A DNA stretch of 64,000 nucleotides from Myxococcales bacterium (GCA_016707895.1 JADJGV010000034.1:693625-757624), one strand, 5' to 3'; positions 9,406 through 23,989 are shown, numbered from the stretch's first letter. Program-made: numbers and translations. Notes: generated by a model not told the origin, from the letters alone.

Positions 9406-12353
9406 GCCGGCTCGCGGTGGTGGCGCTGGCCGCGTTCGCGCTCGCCGGCTGCGACGTCAACCCCTACAACCTCGGCGGCGGCGGCAACCGCGACGCCGGC
9501 CTCGACGCCAGCGGCGACGGCGGCGGCATCGACGGCGCCGTCGGCGACGACGCCAGCATCGACGCGCCGATCGACGGCGCCAGCTGCGTGCCGCGCACCG
9601 AGGTGTGCAACAACGCCGACGACGACTGCGACACCGTCGTCGACAACGGCTTCAACCTGCAGGCCGATCCCAACAACTGCGGGGTGTGCGGCCGGCAGTG
9701 CACGTACCCGCACGCGTTCGGCACCTGCGACATGGGCACCTGCACGCCCGGCGCGTGCCAGCCGGGCTGGAACGACACCGACGCGACGATGGCCGGCTGC
9801 GAGTACTTCTGCATCCCGACCAACGGCGGCGTCGAGGTCTGCGACGACCGCGACAACGACTGCGATACCCGGATGGACGAGGACTTCAACCTCGCCACCG
9901 ACGAGAACAACTGCGGCCGGTGCGGCAACGTCTGCAACCTGCTCCACGCCAGCGCCGACTGCCAGGCCGGCGTGTGCGAGGTGGCGATGTGCGACCCGGG
10001 GTTCGTCGACGTCGACGCCGCGGTCCCGGGCTGCGAGTACCAGTGCACGCCCAGCGGCGGCGGCGTCGAGACCTGCGACGGCGTCGACAACGACTGCGAC
10101 GGCGCGGTCGACGACGGCAACCCCGGCGGCGGCGCCAGCTGCGGCACCGACACCGGCGTGTGCATGGCCGGCACGACCCAGTGCCAGAACGGCGTGCTGT
10201 TCTGCGTCGGCGCGACCAGCGGCGGCGCCGAGTCGTGCAACAACCTCGACGACGACTGCGACGGCGCGATCGACGACGGCTACGACAAGCAGAACGATCC
10301 GCTGCACTGCGGCGGCTGCTCGCCGTGCAGCCTGCCGCACGCGGTCGAGGGCTGCGCGCTCGGTGCCTGCACCGTCGCGTCGTGCGACTTCGGCTTCGTC
10401 AACCTCAACGGCAGCCCCGCCGACGGCTGCGAGTATGGCTGCATCAACACCGGCACCGAGCGCTGCGACACGACCGACAACAACTGCAACGGCACGGTCG
10501 ACGAGGGCTTCAACACCGCCACCGATGCCGCCAACTGCGGCAGCTGTGGCCACGCCTGCGCGTTCGCCAACGCCGGCGCGCTGTGCGCCGCGTCGACGTG
10601 CGTGATGGGCGCGTGCAACCCCAACTTCTACGACGTCAACGGCAACCCCGCCGACGGCTGCGAGTACGGCTGCGTGCCCACCAACGGCGGCGTCGAGGCC
10701 TGCGACGGCGTCGACAACGATTGCGACGGCCTGATCGACGACGGCAACCCCGGCGGCGGCGTCACGTGCGGCGTCAACACCGGCGAGTGCACCGCGGGCA
10801 CCACCACCTGCGCGTTCGGCGCGATCGACTGCGTCGGCGACGTCGGCGCGGCCGCCGAGACCTGCAACAACCTCGACGACGACTGCAACGGCACCGTCGA
10901 CAACGGCTTCGACAAGCTCAACGACCCGCGCTACTGCGCCAACTGCGCCGGCTGCAACCTGCCGCACGCGGTGGCCGGCTGCAGCGCCGGCGGCTGCACG
11001 GTCGCCGGCTGCCTGGGCGGGTTCGTCAACCTCGACGGCCTCGCCGCCAACGGCTGCGAGTACGGCTGCACGTTCTCGGGCCAGGAGGTGTGCGACGGCG
11101 TCGACAACGACTGCGATGGCCTGGTCGACAACGCCGACCCGACGCTGATCCGCCCGGCCAACTTCTGCAAGACCGCCGGCGAGTGCGCCGGCACCACCCC
11201 GACCTGCACCGGCGCCACCGGCTGGGACTGCGTCTACACGGACCCCGACGTCGAGACCGTCGGCGGCGATCCGGCGCTCGAGGAGACGCGCTGCGACGGC
11301 AAGGACAACGACTGCGACGGCGGCGCCGACGAGGTCTACCCGCTCAAGGGCAGCGCCTGCGGCGAGGACGGCACGTTCGGTACCACCCGCCGGCTGGGCG
11401 CGTGCCGGGGCACCGGCGCGCTGGTGTGCAACGCCGCCCAGACCGGCCTGCGCTGCAACGTCACGACCGCTGGCGCCGCGGCGGCCAACGAGACCTGCAA
11501 CAACCGGGACGACGACTGCGACGGCCACACCGACGAGCCGTACGACTCGGGTGGCTTCAACGGCGTGCGCGACGTGACCGTCGGCCCGCTGACGGTCAAC
11601 GGCGCGAGCGTGGTGATGTACCGCTACGAGGCCAGCCGGCCCGACGCCACCGCCGCCGCGCCCGGCATCGTCGGCAGCCGCGCGTGCTCGGTCGCCAACC
11701 GCGTGCCGTGGGCGACCGCCAACTTCGCCACCGTGCAGGCGGCGTGCGCCGCGGCCGGCATGCGCCTGTGCCGGGTGACGCGCAACGGCAGCGGCGTCGT
11801 GACCAGCGACGAGTGGGGCCGGTTCTGCGAGGGCGCGGCCAACCGCCTCTACCCCTACGGCAACAGCTACGTCGCCGCGACCTGCAACGGCAGCGACTAC
11901 GACCCGGTGGCCGGCGGGGTCAACGAGGATCAGGCGGTCGCCACCGGCGCGCTCGCGGGCTGTCAGTCGCAGGACCTGGCCAACGACATGTCCGGCAACC
12001 TGAAGGAGTGGGTCAACGATCCGCGCGTGGTGTCCGGCCAGACCGTCCACACGCTGCGCGGCGGGTCGTTCGACAACTACGCGAGCGGCATGACCTGCGA
12101 CTTCGACCTGACCGTCGTGCCGACCGCCTACTCCTTCGCCAACGCCGGCTTCCGCTGCTGCGCGCTGTCGTGCGCGGCGGGCCAGGTCGAGTGCAGCGGC
12201 ACCTGCGTCAACACCGCCAGCAGCAACACCAACTGCGGCGCGTGCGGCGTGACCTGCGGCGGCGGCCAGGCGTGCTCGAACGGCTACTGCTGCCCGACCG
12301 GCACCCGGGCCTGCGGCGACGTCTGCGTCGCCAACGCCACGCCGTGCCCGTGA
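9402..12353 (+). CDS. cysteine-rich repeat lipoprotein with a C-terminal formylglycine-generating-enzyme (FGE/SUMF1)-like domain
   Basis: This is the in-frame tail of track ORF 8745..12353. The GTG at 9402 overlaps the upstream stop (GTGA). It has a lipobox (AAFALAGC). There are 10 CxxxDNDCDGxxDD repeats alternating with NNCGxCGxxC...GCEYxC modules. The last 250 aa (MYRYEASRPD...GSRACS...RGGSFDNYASGMTCDF...FANAGFRCC) match the FGE-sulfatase fold (PF03781). Confidence 0.85.
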   Translation: MSRLAVVALAAFALAGCDVNPYNLGGGGNRDAGLDASGDGGGIDGAVGDDASIDAPIDGASCVPRTEVCNNADDDCDTVVDNGFNLQADPNNCGVCGRQCTYPHAFGTCDMGTCTPGACQPGWNDTDATMAGCEYFCIPTNGGVEVCDDRDNDCDTRMDEDFNLATDENNCGRCGNVCNLLHASADCQAGVCEVAMCDPGFVDVDAAVPGCEYQCTPSGGGVETCDGVDNDCDGAVDDGNPGGGASCGTDTGVCMAGTTQCQNGVLFCVGATSGGAESCNNLDDDCDGAIDDGYDKQNDPLHCGGCSPCSLPHAVEGCALGACTVASCDFGFVNLNGSPADGCEYGCINTGTERCDTTDNNCNGTVDEGFNTATDAANCGSCGHACAFANAGALCAASTCVMGACNPNFYDVNGNPADGCEYGCVPTNGGVEACDGVDNDCDGLIDDGNPGGGVTCGVNTGECTAGTTTCAFGAIDCVGDVGAAAETCNNLDDDCNGTVDNGFDKLNDPRYCANCAGCNLPHAVAGCSAGGCTVAGCLGGFVNLDGLAANGCEYGCTFSGQEVCDGVDNDCDGLVDNADPTLIRPANFCKTAGECAGTTPTCTGATGWDCVYTDPDVETVGGDPALEETRCDGKDNDCDGGADEVYPLKGSACGEDGTFGTTRRLGACRGTGALVCNAAQTGLRCNVTTAGAAAANETCNNRDDDCDGHTDEPYDSGGFNGVRDVTVGPLTVNGASVVMYRYEASRPDATAAAPGIVGSRACSVANRVPWATANFATVQAACAAAGMRLCRVTRNGSGVVTSDEWGRFCEGAANRLYPYGNSYVAATCNGSDYDPVAGGVNEDQAVATGALAGCQSQDLANDMSGNLKEWVNDPRVVSGQTVHTLRGGSFDNYASGMTCDFDLTVVPTAYSFANAGFRCCALSCAAGQVECSGTCVNTASSNTNCGACGVTCGGGQACSNGYCCPTGTRACGDVCVANATPCP

Positions 12354-12543
12354 CCACGTGAGCGCGTCGCTCGCGGCGCGGCGTTGCGCGCGGGCGATCG
12401 GTCCAGCCATCGACCCGTCGTGTGCGTAGCGGCTTGCGCACGCGGTGCGAGGTTACGCACGCGATCCTGCGAAACGATGCAGATCTCGGAGGTGATTCCG
12501 CATGGTTGTCGCTGGCACACGAGGTGCTGAGGCTGGCTCCAGC

Positions 12544-12726
12544 ATGAAGAGCCACAGTGCTGCGGAGCGTCAGAAGGCGGTGCGGATCCTGGCCAAGTCG
12601 CTGTACCGCGATCTCACGGCGCAGGGCTTCGACGAGAAGCAGATCGTCTCGCTCGCGACCGAGCTGATCAGCGAGGTCACGCACAAGATGGCCACTGACG
12701 GCGGTCGCGCGGTCCACGCGCCCTGA
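12544..12726 (+). CDS. small hypothetical protein (60 aa)
   Basis: An internal ATG at 12544 of track ORF 12502..12726 gives MKSHSAAERQKAVRILAKSLYRDLTAQGFDEKQIVSLATELISEVTHKM. Third-position GC is high. It is followed by a canonical intrinsic terminator. Confidence 0.45.
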   Translation: MKSHSAAERQKAVRILAKSLYRDLTAQGFDEKQIVSLATELISEVTHKMATDGGRAVHAP

Positions 12727-12793
12727 GCGCGAGGGCGCAGCGCTGTCGACAAACGCAACGCCGGCGCGACGCGCCGTCGCTGATCGCAACCGC

Positions 12794-12825
12794 CGCGGCC
12801 CCATCGGGGGCCGCAGGTGTTTTCG
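12794..12825 (+). terminator. rho-independent terminator
   Basis: GCGGCCCC-ATCG-GGGGCCGC is a perfect 8-bp GC stem. It is followed by AGGTGTTTTCGG. Confidence 0.6.
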
Positions 12826-12906
12826 GCGGGCCACCCTTCGCCGCGCGGGGTCGACAGCGGCGGCCCCAGGCGTTAGGGTGCGCGCGACTTCACCCCGGAG
12901 ACTTCC

Positions 12907-13911
<1,005 letters not shown>

Positions 13912-14008
13912 CTCCTTGGAGGGCCTGTCGCCAGGCCCCCCGGGAGGACCAGGCGGAGGCCTGGGCCCCCCCCGCCGGGGCGGCGCCCCAGCGAGACAAG
14001 AGATCGCC

Positions 14009-15208
<1,200 letters not shown>

Positions 15209-15244
15209 GCGGGCGCCAGCCGCGCGCGCCGGGCCGGTTGTCGA

Positions 15245-15250
15245 TACAAT
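15245..15250 (+). promoter_or_regulatory. TACAAT -10-like hexamer 7 nt upstream of the GTG start of the GGDEF-kinase gene (possible leaderless transcript)
   Basis: This low-GC patch TCGATACAATTTGGTCC sits in the 50-bp pgk-kinase spacer. There is no SD before the GTG at 15258. Confidence 0.25.
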
Positions 15251-15257
15251 TTGGTCC

Positions 15258-18110
<2,853 letters not shown>

Positions 18111-18204
18111 GCCCGGGCTCGTCCTGGGCGCACGCCCGACGCGGGTCACGCGGTGTCGGCGCCGGGGTGACGCCGCCCGCGGCCTGGGGGTAGAGTCGCG
18201 GCCG

Positions 18205-18963
18205 ATGCGCACCCCGTTCGTCGTTGGCAACTGGAAGCTGCACAAGCACGTCGGCGATGCCCTGGCCCTGGTGACCGAGCTGAAGAACCAGCTGGCCGCG
18301 GTCAAGGGCGTCGCCGTCGGCGTGGCCCCGCCGTTCACGGCGCTGTACCCCGTGGCCAAGCGCCTCGAGGACTCGCCGATCGCGGTGGCGTCGCAGGACT
18401 GCTACTGGGAGGAGAAGGGCGCGTTCACCGGCGAGGTCGCGCCCGGCATGCTCAAGGACGTCGGCTGCACCTGGGCCATCATCGGTCACAGCGAGCGCCG
18501 GCAGTTCTTCGGCGAGACCGATGACACCGTCGCCAAGAAGACCCGCGCCGCGCTGGCCGCGGGCCTGGGCGCGATCGTGTGCGTCGGCGAGACGCTGGCC
18601 CAGCGCGACGCCGGCACCACCACCGCGGTGGTCGAGACCCACCTGGGCGCGCTGCGCGGCCTGGGCGTCGACGTGGCCGAGCGGCTGGTGATCGCCTACG
18701 AGCCGGTGTGGGCGATCGGCACCGGGCGGACCGCGACCCCGGGGCAGGCGCAGGAGGTCCACGCGTTCATCCGCGGCTGGCTGGCCAAGGAGCTCGGCGC
18801 GGCGATGGCGGCGGCGGTGCGCATCCAGTACGGCGGCTCGGTCAAGGCCGACAACGCCGCCGAGCTGATGCGCCAGCCCGACATCGACGGCGCGCTGGTC
18901 GGCGGCGCCTCGCTGCAGGCCGCCGACTTCGTCGCGATCTGCAAGGCCGCGCGCCCGAGCTAG
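18205..18963 (+). CDS. tpiA: triosephosphate isomerase
   Basis: It has VVGNWKLHK, AIIGHSERR, VCVGETL and AYEPVWAIGTG, which are canonical TIM motifs. Confidence 0.95.
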   Translation: MRTPFVVGNWKLHKHVGDALALVTELKNQLAAVKGVAVGVAPPFTALYPVAKRLEDSPIAVASQDCYWEEKGAFTGEVAPGMLKDVGCTWAIIGHSERRQFFGETDDTVAKKTRAALAAGLGAIVCVGETLAQRDAGTTTAVVETHLGALRGLGVDVAERLVIAYEPVWAIGTGRTATPGQAQEVHAFIRGWLAKELGAAMAAAVRIQYGGSVKADNAAELMRQPDIDGALVGGASLQAADFVAICKAARPS

Positions 18964-18970
18964 CGCGCCG

Positions 18971-21900
18971 TCACGCCGACGCGGCGGGGCTGCCCGCGCG
19001 CACCAGCGCGTCGCCGACCCGCGCCGTCAGCACCTTGAGATCGAACGGCTTGCGCAGGAACTCGCGCTCGAGCACCCCCAGCCGCGCCAGCGCGTCGTCG
19101 GTGTAGCCGGACATGAAGATCACCGCGAGGTCGGGGTTGCCCTGGCGCAGCTCGTCGACCAGCGTCGGTCCGTTGGGGCCCGGCAGGATGACGTCCGACA
19201 GGATCAGCCGCAGCCGACCGCCGAGCTGGCTGGCCTGCGCGCGCGCCTCGTCGGCGTCGGCCGCGAGCGCGACCTCGTAGCCGGCCCCGGTCAGCACCCG
19301 CCGGATCACGTTGCGCAGCGCCGCCTCGTCCTCGATGACCAGCACCGCGCCATGCCCGCGCGGCGCCCGGGCCGCCGGCCGCAGCAGCTCGTCGGCGCTG
19401 GCGGCGGCGTGGGTCGGCAGGTAGATCCGGAACCGCGCGCCGCGCCCGGGCTCGCTGTCGACGGTGATCGCGCCGCCGCTCTGCCGGACGATGCCGTAGA
19501 CCATCGACAGGCCGAGCCCGGTGCCCTTGCCGACGCCCTTGGTGGTGAAGAACGGCTCGAACACCCGCGCCCGCACCGCCTCGTCCATGCCGACGCCGGT
19601 GTCGGCCACGCTCAGCTCGAGGTACGTGCCGGGTGACAGCTCGAGCGCGTGGGCGGTCGGCGCGTCGAGCTCGACCGCGCGGGTGGCGATCGTGACCCGG
19701 CCACCGTCGGGCATCGCGTCGCGCGCGTTGACCACCAGGTTCATGATGACCTGCTCGACCTGGCCGCGGTCGATCAGCGTCTGGGCGCTGGGGTGGTCGC
19801 GCTCGATGACCAGCTTGACGTCCTCGCCGATCAGCCGCTGCAGCATGCGGGCGATGCCGGTGACCAGCTCGTACAGGTCGCACGGCTCGGGCGACAGCAC
19901 CTGCTTGCGGCTGAAGGCCAGGAGCTGCCGGGTCAGGCCCTCGGCGCGCCGCGCCGCCGCCTGCACCTCCTTGAGGTCGGCGCTGAGCGGATCCTCCTGG
20001 TGCAGATCGGCGATGGCCAGGTCGGTGTACGACATGATCACGCTGAGCAGGTTGTTGAAGTCGTGGGCGACGCCGCCGGCCAGCCGCCCGACCGCCTCCA
20101 TCTTCTGGGCGGCGCGCAGCTGCTCCTCGATCTCGCGGCGGGCCGTGAGATCGACGATCACGCCGGTGACGCCGACGAAGGCGCCGGCCTCGCGGGTCGG
20201 ACGCAGCACCACGCGCACCGGGCGGGCGCGGCCGCTGGCGTCGACCGCGCGCAGCTCGCGCGGCGGGCGCTCGGCGCCGTCAGCGATCAGGGCCAGCGCC
20301 ACCACGTGATCGGTGGGGAACAGGCGTTCGAGCACCGGCTGCCCGAGCAGCTCGTCGGGCGTGAAGCCGAAGCTCTCGACCGCGCGGTTGACGAAGGTCA
20401 GCTGCAAGGCGGCGTCGAGCGTGAAGACGACGTCCTCGAGGTTGTCGACCAGCGTGCGGTAGCGCCCTTCGCTGGCGCGCAGCGCACGCTCCGCCTCGCC
20501 GCGCCGGGTCACGTCTTGCTTGATCGCCACCAGGTGGGTGACCTGGCCGGCGCCGTCGCGGACCGGCGTGATGGTCATGTCCTCCGTGTACAGCCCGCCA
20601 TCCTTCCGGCGGTTCACCAGCTCGCCGTGCCACACCTGGCCCTCCAGCACGGTCTCCCACAGCGTCCGGTAGAAGGCGTCGGACTGCCGCCCCGACCGGA
20701 ACAGCCGCGGGTGGCGGCCGATCAGCTCGTCTGGCGTGTAGCCGGTGAGGGCGTGGATCGCCGGGTTGCAGGCCATGATCGTGCCCTGCGGATCGGTGAT
20801 GACGATCGCGTTGGCCGCGGCGAAGAGCGCGCTGGTGTAGACCTGCAGCCGCGCCTCGCGGTCGCGGCGCTCGGTGATGTCTTCGATGATCGCCAGCGTC
20901 CGGGTGAGCTGGCCGGCGGCGTCCCGGCTCAGGCACAGGGTCACGCTGACCCAGACCGTGTGGCCATCCTTGTGCAAGTAGCGACGCTCGCCGCGGTGGC
21001 TGCGCAGCTCGCCCGCGAGCAGCCGCCGCATCGCCGCCTCGAGCTCGGCGCGATCGTCGGGGTGGGTCAGCTCGTCGACCACCGAGATCGCGCACAGCTC
21101 GTCGGCGGTGTAGCCGGTGATCGCGCACAGCTGCGGGTTGACCCGGATCATCCGGCGGGCGATGACGTCGCCCTCGGCGATGCCGATCGGCGCGAGCGCG
21201 AACATCGTCGCCAGGCGCTCCTCGCTGGCCCGCAGCGCCTCCAGCGCCGCCCGCGGCGCGGTGATGTCGTCGAACATCCCCAGGAGCCGGGGTGGCGCGG
21301 GCGCGTCCAGGCACGTCACGCGCAGGCGCCCCCACCCGAGCTCGCCGCTGGGGTGGCGGTAGCGCAGCTCCCGCGTCAGGGTCCTCGCCGCGCCCGTCAA
21401 GATTGGCGCCAGGAACGCGTGGATGCCGGCGATGTCCTCGGCCGGGGTCAGGTCGCTCCACCCGAGGCCGAGCAGCTCCTCGCGGGTGCGGCCGAGGATC
21501 GCGCACAGCTGGTCGTTGACCGTGAGGAGCTGGCCGCTGGCCGGGTCGACCAGCGCCATCCCGATGTCGGCCTGTTCGAACACCGCGCGGAAGCCGTCGG
21601 GCGTCGTCTGGCTCGTCGCGCGCGCCTTCAGCCCGAGCGCGATGACGTCGCGGAGCTCGACCAGGGCGGCGCGGACGTCGTCGCGCGGCGGCACGCCGGC
21701 GATGGTGAGCGCGCTGACGAGGGGATGGCCCGGCAGCGGCAGCGACACCACGTCGGGCCCCGGGGCGATCGCCGCCGCGTCCGTCGGCTGACGGCGCTCG
21801 CCCACGTCCAGCTGGACCGGCCCCAACCCGCACGCGGCCAGCTCGTGGATCGCGAGGGTCGCGAACTCCACGGGCGAGTCGTCAGCGGGGGCCGCCAGCA

Positions 21901-21994
21901 AACGCCGTCGGGCCGTCTCGAGCGCGAGGAGCATCCGATCACCGACGCCAAGTTCCACGGGCGGCGAGCCGAGCAAGGGTGGTGCCAGCGTCAA
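18971..21994 (-). CDS. hybrid sensor histidine kinase with multiple PAS domains and a C-terminal receiver domain
   Basis: Track ORF, 1007 aa. There are several PAS/PAC-like segments. The HisKA H-box is VAHDFNNLLSVIMSYTDL, with HATPase_c G-boxes (GTGLGLSMVYGIV). The C-terminal REC is VLVIEDEAALRNVI...LILSDVILPG...IFMSGYTD. Confidence 0.9.
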   Translation of the reverse strand: MTLAPPLLGSPPVELGVGDRMLLALETARRRLLAAPADDSPVEFATLAIHELAACGLGPVQLDVGERRQPTDAAAIAPGPDVVSLPLPGHPLVSALTIAGVPPRDDVRAALVELRDVIALGLKARATSQTTPDGFRAVFEQADIGMALVDPASGQLLTVNDQLCAILGRTREELLGLGWSDLTPAEDIAGIHAFLAPILTGAARTLTRELRYRHPSGELGWGRLRVTCLDAPAPPRLLGMFDDITAPRAALEALRASEERLATMFALAPIGIAEGDVIARRMIRVNPQLCAITGYTADELCAISVVDELTHPDDRAELEAAMRRLLAGELRSHRGERRYLHKDGHTVWVSVTLCLSRDAAGQLTRTLAIIEDITERRDREARLQVYTSALFAAANAIVITDPQGTIMACNPAIHALTGYTPDELIGRHPRLFRSGRQSDAFYRTLWETVLEGQVWHGELVNRRKDGGLYTEDMTITPVRDGAGQVTHLVAIKQDVTRRGEAERALRASEGRYRTLVDNLEDVVFTLDAALQLTFVNRAVESFGFTPDELLGQPVLERLFPTDHVVALALIADGAERPPRELRAVDASGRARPVRVVLRPTREAGAFVGVTGVIVDLTARREIEEQLRAAQKMEAVGRLAGGVAHDFNNLLSVIMSYTDLAIADLHQEDPLSADLKEVQAAARRAEGLTRQLLAFSRKQVLSPEPCDLYELVTGIARMLQRLIGEDVKLVIERDHPSAQTLIDRGQVEQVIMNLVVNARDAMPDGGRVTIATRAVELDAPTAHALELSPGTYLELSVADTGVGMDEAVRARVFEPFFTTKGVGKGTGLGLSMVYGIVRQSGGAITVDSEPGRGARFRIYLPTHAAASADELLRPAARAPRGHGAVLVIEDEAALRNVIRRVLTGAGYEVALAADADEARAQASQLGGRLRLILSDVILPGPNGPTLVDELRQGNPDLAVIFMSGYTDDALARLGVLEREFLRKPFDLKVLTARVGDALVRAGSPAASA

Positions 21995-22079
21995 GCTCGC
22001 GGTCCGTGGTCGGGCGCCGCGCGGTGATGCGCAAGCGCTGCGAAGTGAGATGCAGGATATGCGCGGTCTGCGTCGTCCA

Positions 22080-23324
22080 TCACGCCGCGGCGGCGTCGAT
22101 CGTCCGGATCAGGTCGGCGCGCCACGCGGCGGCCTCGCGGGCCCGGGGCATCGCGGCGAAGCCGATCATGACGCGCTGGAACTCGACCCGCTCGCTCCAC
22201 GGACCGAAGTCGATCGCGCCGGGGCCGGGTTGGAGCTTGGCCGCGTGGGCCGCGGACCACAGCTGCGGGCCGTTGTAGTAGTAGGCCGGCAGCGCCGGCG
22301 TCAGCGGGGTGACGCGCGCGGCGTGGTCGCGGGCGAAGCGCTCGCACCAGCCGCGGATCGCGGCGCTGACCGCGCGGCCGCGGGTGCGCGCGCTCTGATG
22401 CCAGCGCGCCAGGTGCGGCGGCGCGCCGTCGACGAGGGGCTGGGTGGTCGGCTGGTCGCGCCGCGCGCCGTTGCCGGGCGCGAGGTCGAAGCCGTGGTGC
22501 ACCGCCAGCCGGAACTCCCAGCCCGGCCCGGCGCCGGCCAGGTCGTCAGCGGTCACGCCCGGCGGCAGCATCAGGTAGACATCGTCGTTGGCGTGGACCC
22601 CGGCGATCGGCTCGGCGAACGTCGGGCCGGTACCGATCAGCCCGCCGGCGCGCGCGAGGTCGACGAAGTCACCGATCGGTCCGCGCGTCGTCGTCGCCGG
22701 CGTGGCCAGCGCCAGCGCCGGGTCGGGCTGGAAGTAGATCGTGTGGTCGAACGCGGCGGTGGCGGGCAGGTCGTCGCCGTGGACGTGGGTGGTGGGCACG
22801 TACAGCGCGGTCGGATCGCGGCGCGGGAACGTCAGCGCGATCGGGTGGACGCGCTCGCGGCGGACGCTGGCGAGCTGCACGACGGCGTACGACCAGCCGT
22901 CGCGCCCGCGGGTGACCGCGGCCCGCGCCGCGGCCGACAGCCGGAACTGCGGATCGAGCCGATCGAGATCGGCCGCGGTCGGCGCGAACGACGCGACGAA
23001 GGCGCCGACCTTGTGGACGACCAGGGTGGCCGGCGGCGGCGCCGCCCCACGCCCGACCCCTTGCGGTGCGAAGCCGAGCGACAGCTCCAGCGCCGGGAAC
23101 GCCCGGTCGAGGTCGTCGAACAGCGACGGATAGCGGGCCAGCGACACGAACGTCACCGCGTCCTCACCGCCGCCCGCCGGCGTCGGCAGCGGCAACACCA
23201 TCGCGGTCGGCGCGGTCAACTCGACCTCCATCGCGTAGATCAGCGCCTGCCGCCCGTCGGCGCGATCGCCGACGAAGATCCGCGTCGCCCCGACGTGGCG
23301 CACGCCGCGCGAGAAGATGCACAT
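22080..23324 (-). CDS. hypothetical protein (414 aa)
   Basis: This is the C-terminal 414 codons of track ORF 22080..24482, beginning at MCIFSRGVRHV. Third-position GC is strong and the amino-acid composition is normal. The upstream 385 codons of the track ORF are R/A/G-rich artefact. Confidence 0.55.
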   Translation of the reverse strand: MCIFSRGVRHVGATRIFVGDRADGRQALIYAMEVELTAPTAMVLPLPTPAGGGEDAVTFVSLARYPSLFDDLDRAFPALELSLGFAPQGVGRGAAPPPATLVVHKVGAFVASFAPTAADLDRLDPQFRLSAAARAAVTRGRDGWSYAVVQLASVRRERVHPIALTFPRRDPTALYVPTTHVHGDDLPATAAFDHTIYFQPDPALALATPATTTRGPIGDFVDLARAGGLIGTGPTFAEPIAGVHANDDVYLMLPPGVTADDLAGAGPGWEFRLAVHHGFDLAPGNGARRDQPTTQPLVDGAPPHLARWHQSARTRGRAVSAAIRGWCERFARDHAARVTPLTPALPAYYYNGPQLWSAAHAAKLQPGPGAIDFGPWSERVEFQRVMIGFAAMPRAREAAAWRADLIRTIDAAAA

Positions 23325-23338
23325 GCGGCGAGGGTAGC

Positions 23339-23989
23339 TCAGCGCGCCGGACGCTGACGGTCGATCGCGATCGACGCGCCGACCACGACCACGAGCAGGC
23401 CGGCGACGGTGATCAGCAGCGCGTCGATCGACGACGGGGGCGGGCCGACGGTGGCGCTGACGAAGCCGCCGACCAAGAGCAGCGCGAGGATCGGCCAGCC
23501 CCAGCGGCCGACCGGCCCGGTCGCGCGGGTGGACCGCGTGTAGAGCGCGGCGCCGATCGCGAACATGCCGAGCTCGACCGCGAGCGTGCCTGGCACCGAG
23601 CGCCACAGGCCCAGGCCGTAGCGCGCGCTGCCGGGCCATAGCGGCATGTCGTGCTCGTGGGCGATCCAGTCGAGCAGCCAGTGGCCGACCACCAGCGCGG
23701 CGCCGACCACCGCGCCGCGGCGATCGCGGGTGATGGCGAGGTAGCCCAGCGCGAACAGCAGCGCCCAGCCGAGCGCGAACACCAGGCTGTGCGAGTACGG
23801 CATGTGCTCGAGCACCAGCGGCGACGCGGCCAGGTGGCCGCGCTCGAGGTGCGCGTGCTCGACGCCGGTGGCGACGAACACCGGCCACGCCAGGTCGAGC
23901 ACCTGCGGCGCGATCAGCAGCGCCGGCAGCGACGCGCGCGGCGCCAGCGGCTTGGCCGCGAGGCCGGTGGCGAAGTGGCCGAGGAACAT
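23339..23989 (-). CDS. membrane-bound metal-dependent hydrolase (YdjM/DUF457-like)
   Basis: The internal ATG (residue 20 of track ORF 23339..24049) gives MFLGHFATGLAA.... There are 5 or more hydrophobic helices and His-rich loops (EHAHLERGH, HEHDM). Confidence 0.6.
   Translation of the reverse strand: MFLGHFATGLAAKPLAPRASLPALLIAPQVLDLAWPVFVATGVEHAHLERGHLAASPLVLEHMPYSHSLVFALGWALLFALGYLAITRDRRGAVVGAALVVGHWLLDWIAHEHDMPLWPGSARYGLGLWRSVPGTLAVELGMFAIGAALYTRSTRATGPVGRWGWPILALLLVGGFVSATVGPPPSSIDALLITVAGLLVVVVGASIAIDRQRPAR

Noticed and set aside
5359-12353. Possible CRISPR-like or DNA-level tandem repeats in the Cys-rich genes
   Set aside because: Repeats are at the protein level (CxxDDDCDGxxDE). 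Nucleotide copies are divergent and not separated by unique spacers. There are no cas genes.
5209-12410. Very long minus-strand ORFs (5209..8904, 8694..12410, 7257..8492, 9464..10243, etc.) and alternative plus-frame ORFs (5235..8741, 9311..12361) overlapping the two Cys-rich genes
   Set aside because: Translations are R/A/G/P/S-rich low-complexity. They lie antisense or out-of-frame to proteins with clear domain architecture. This is a typical GC-driven artefact, since codons GNC/GNG are stop-free in several frames.
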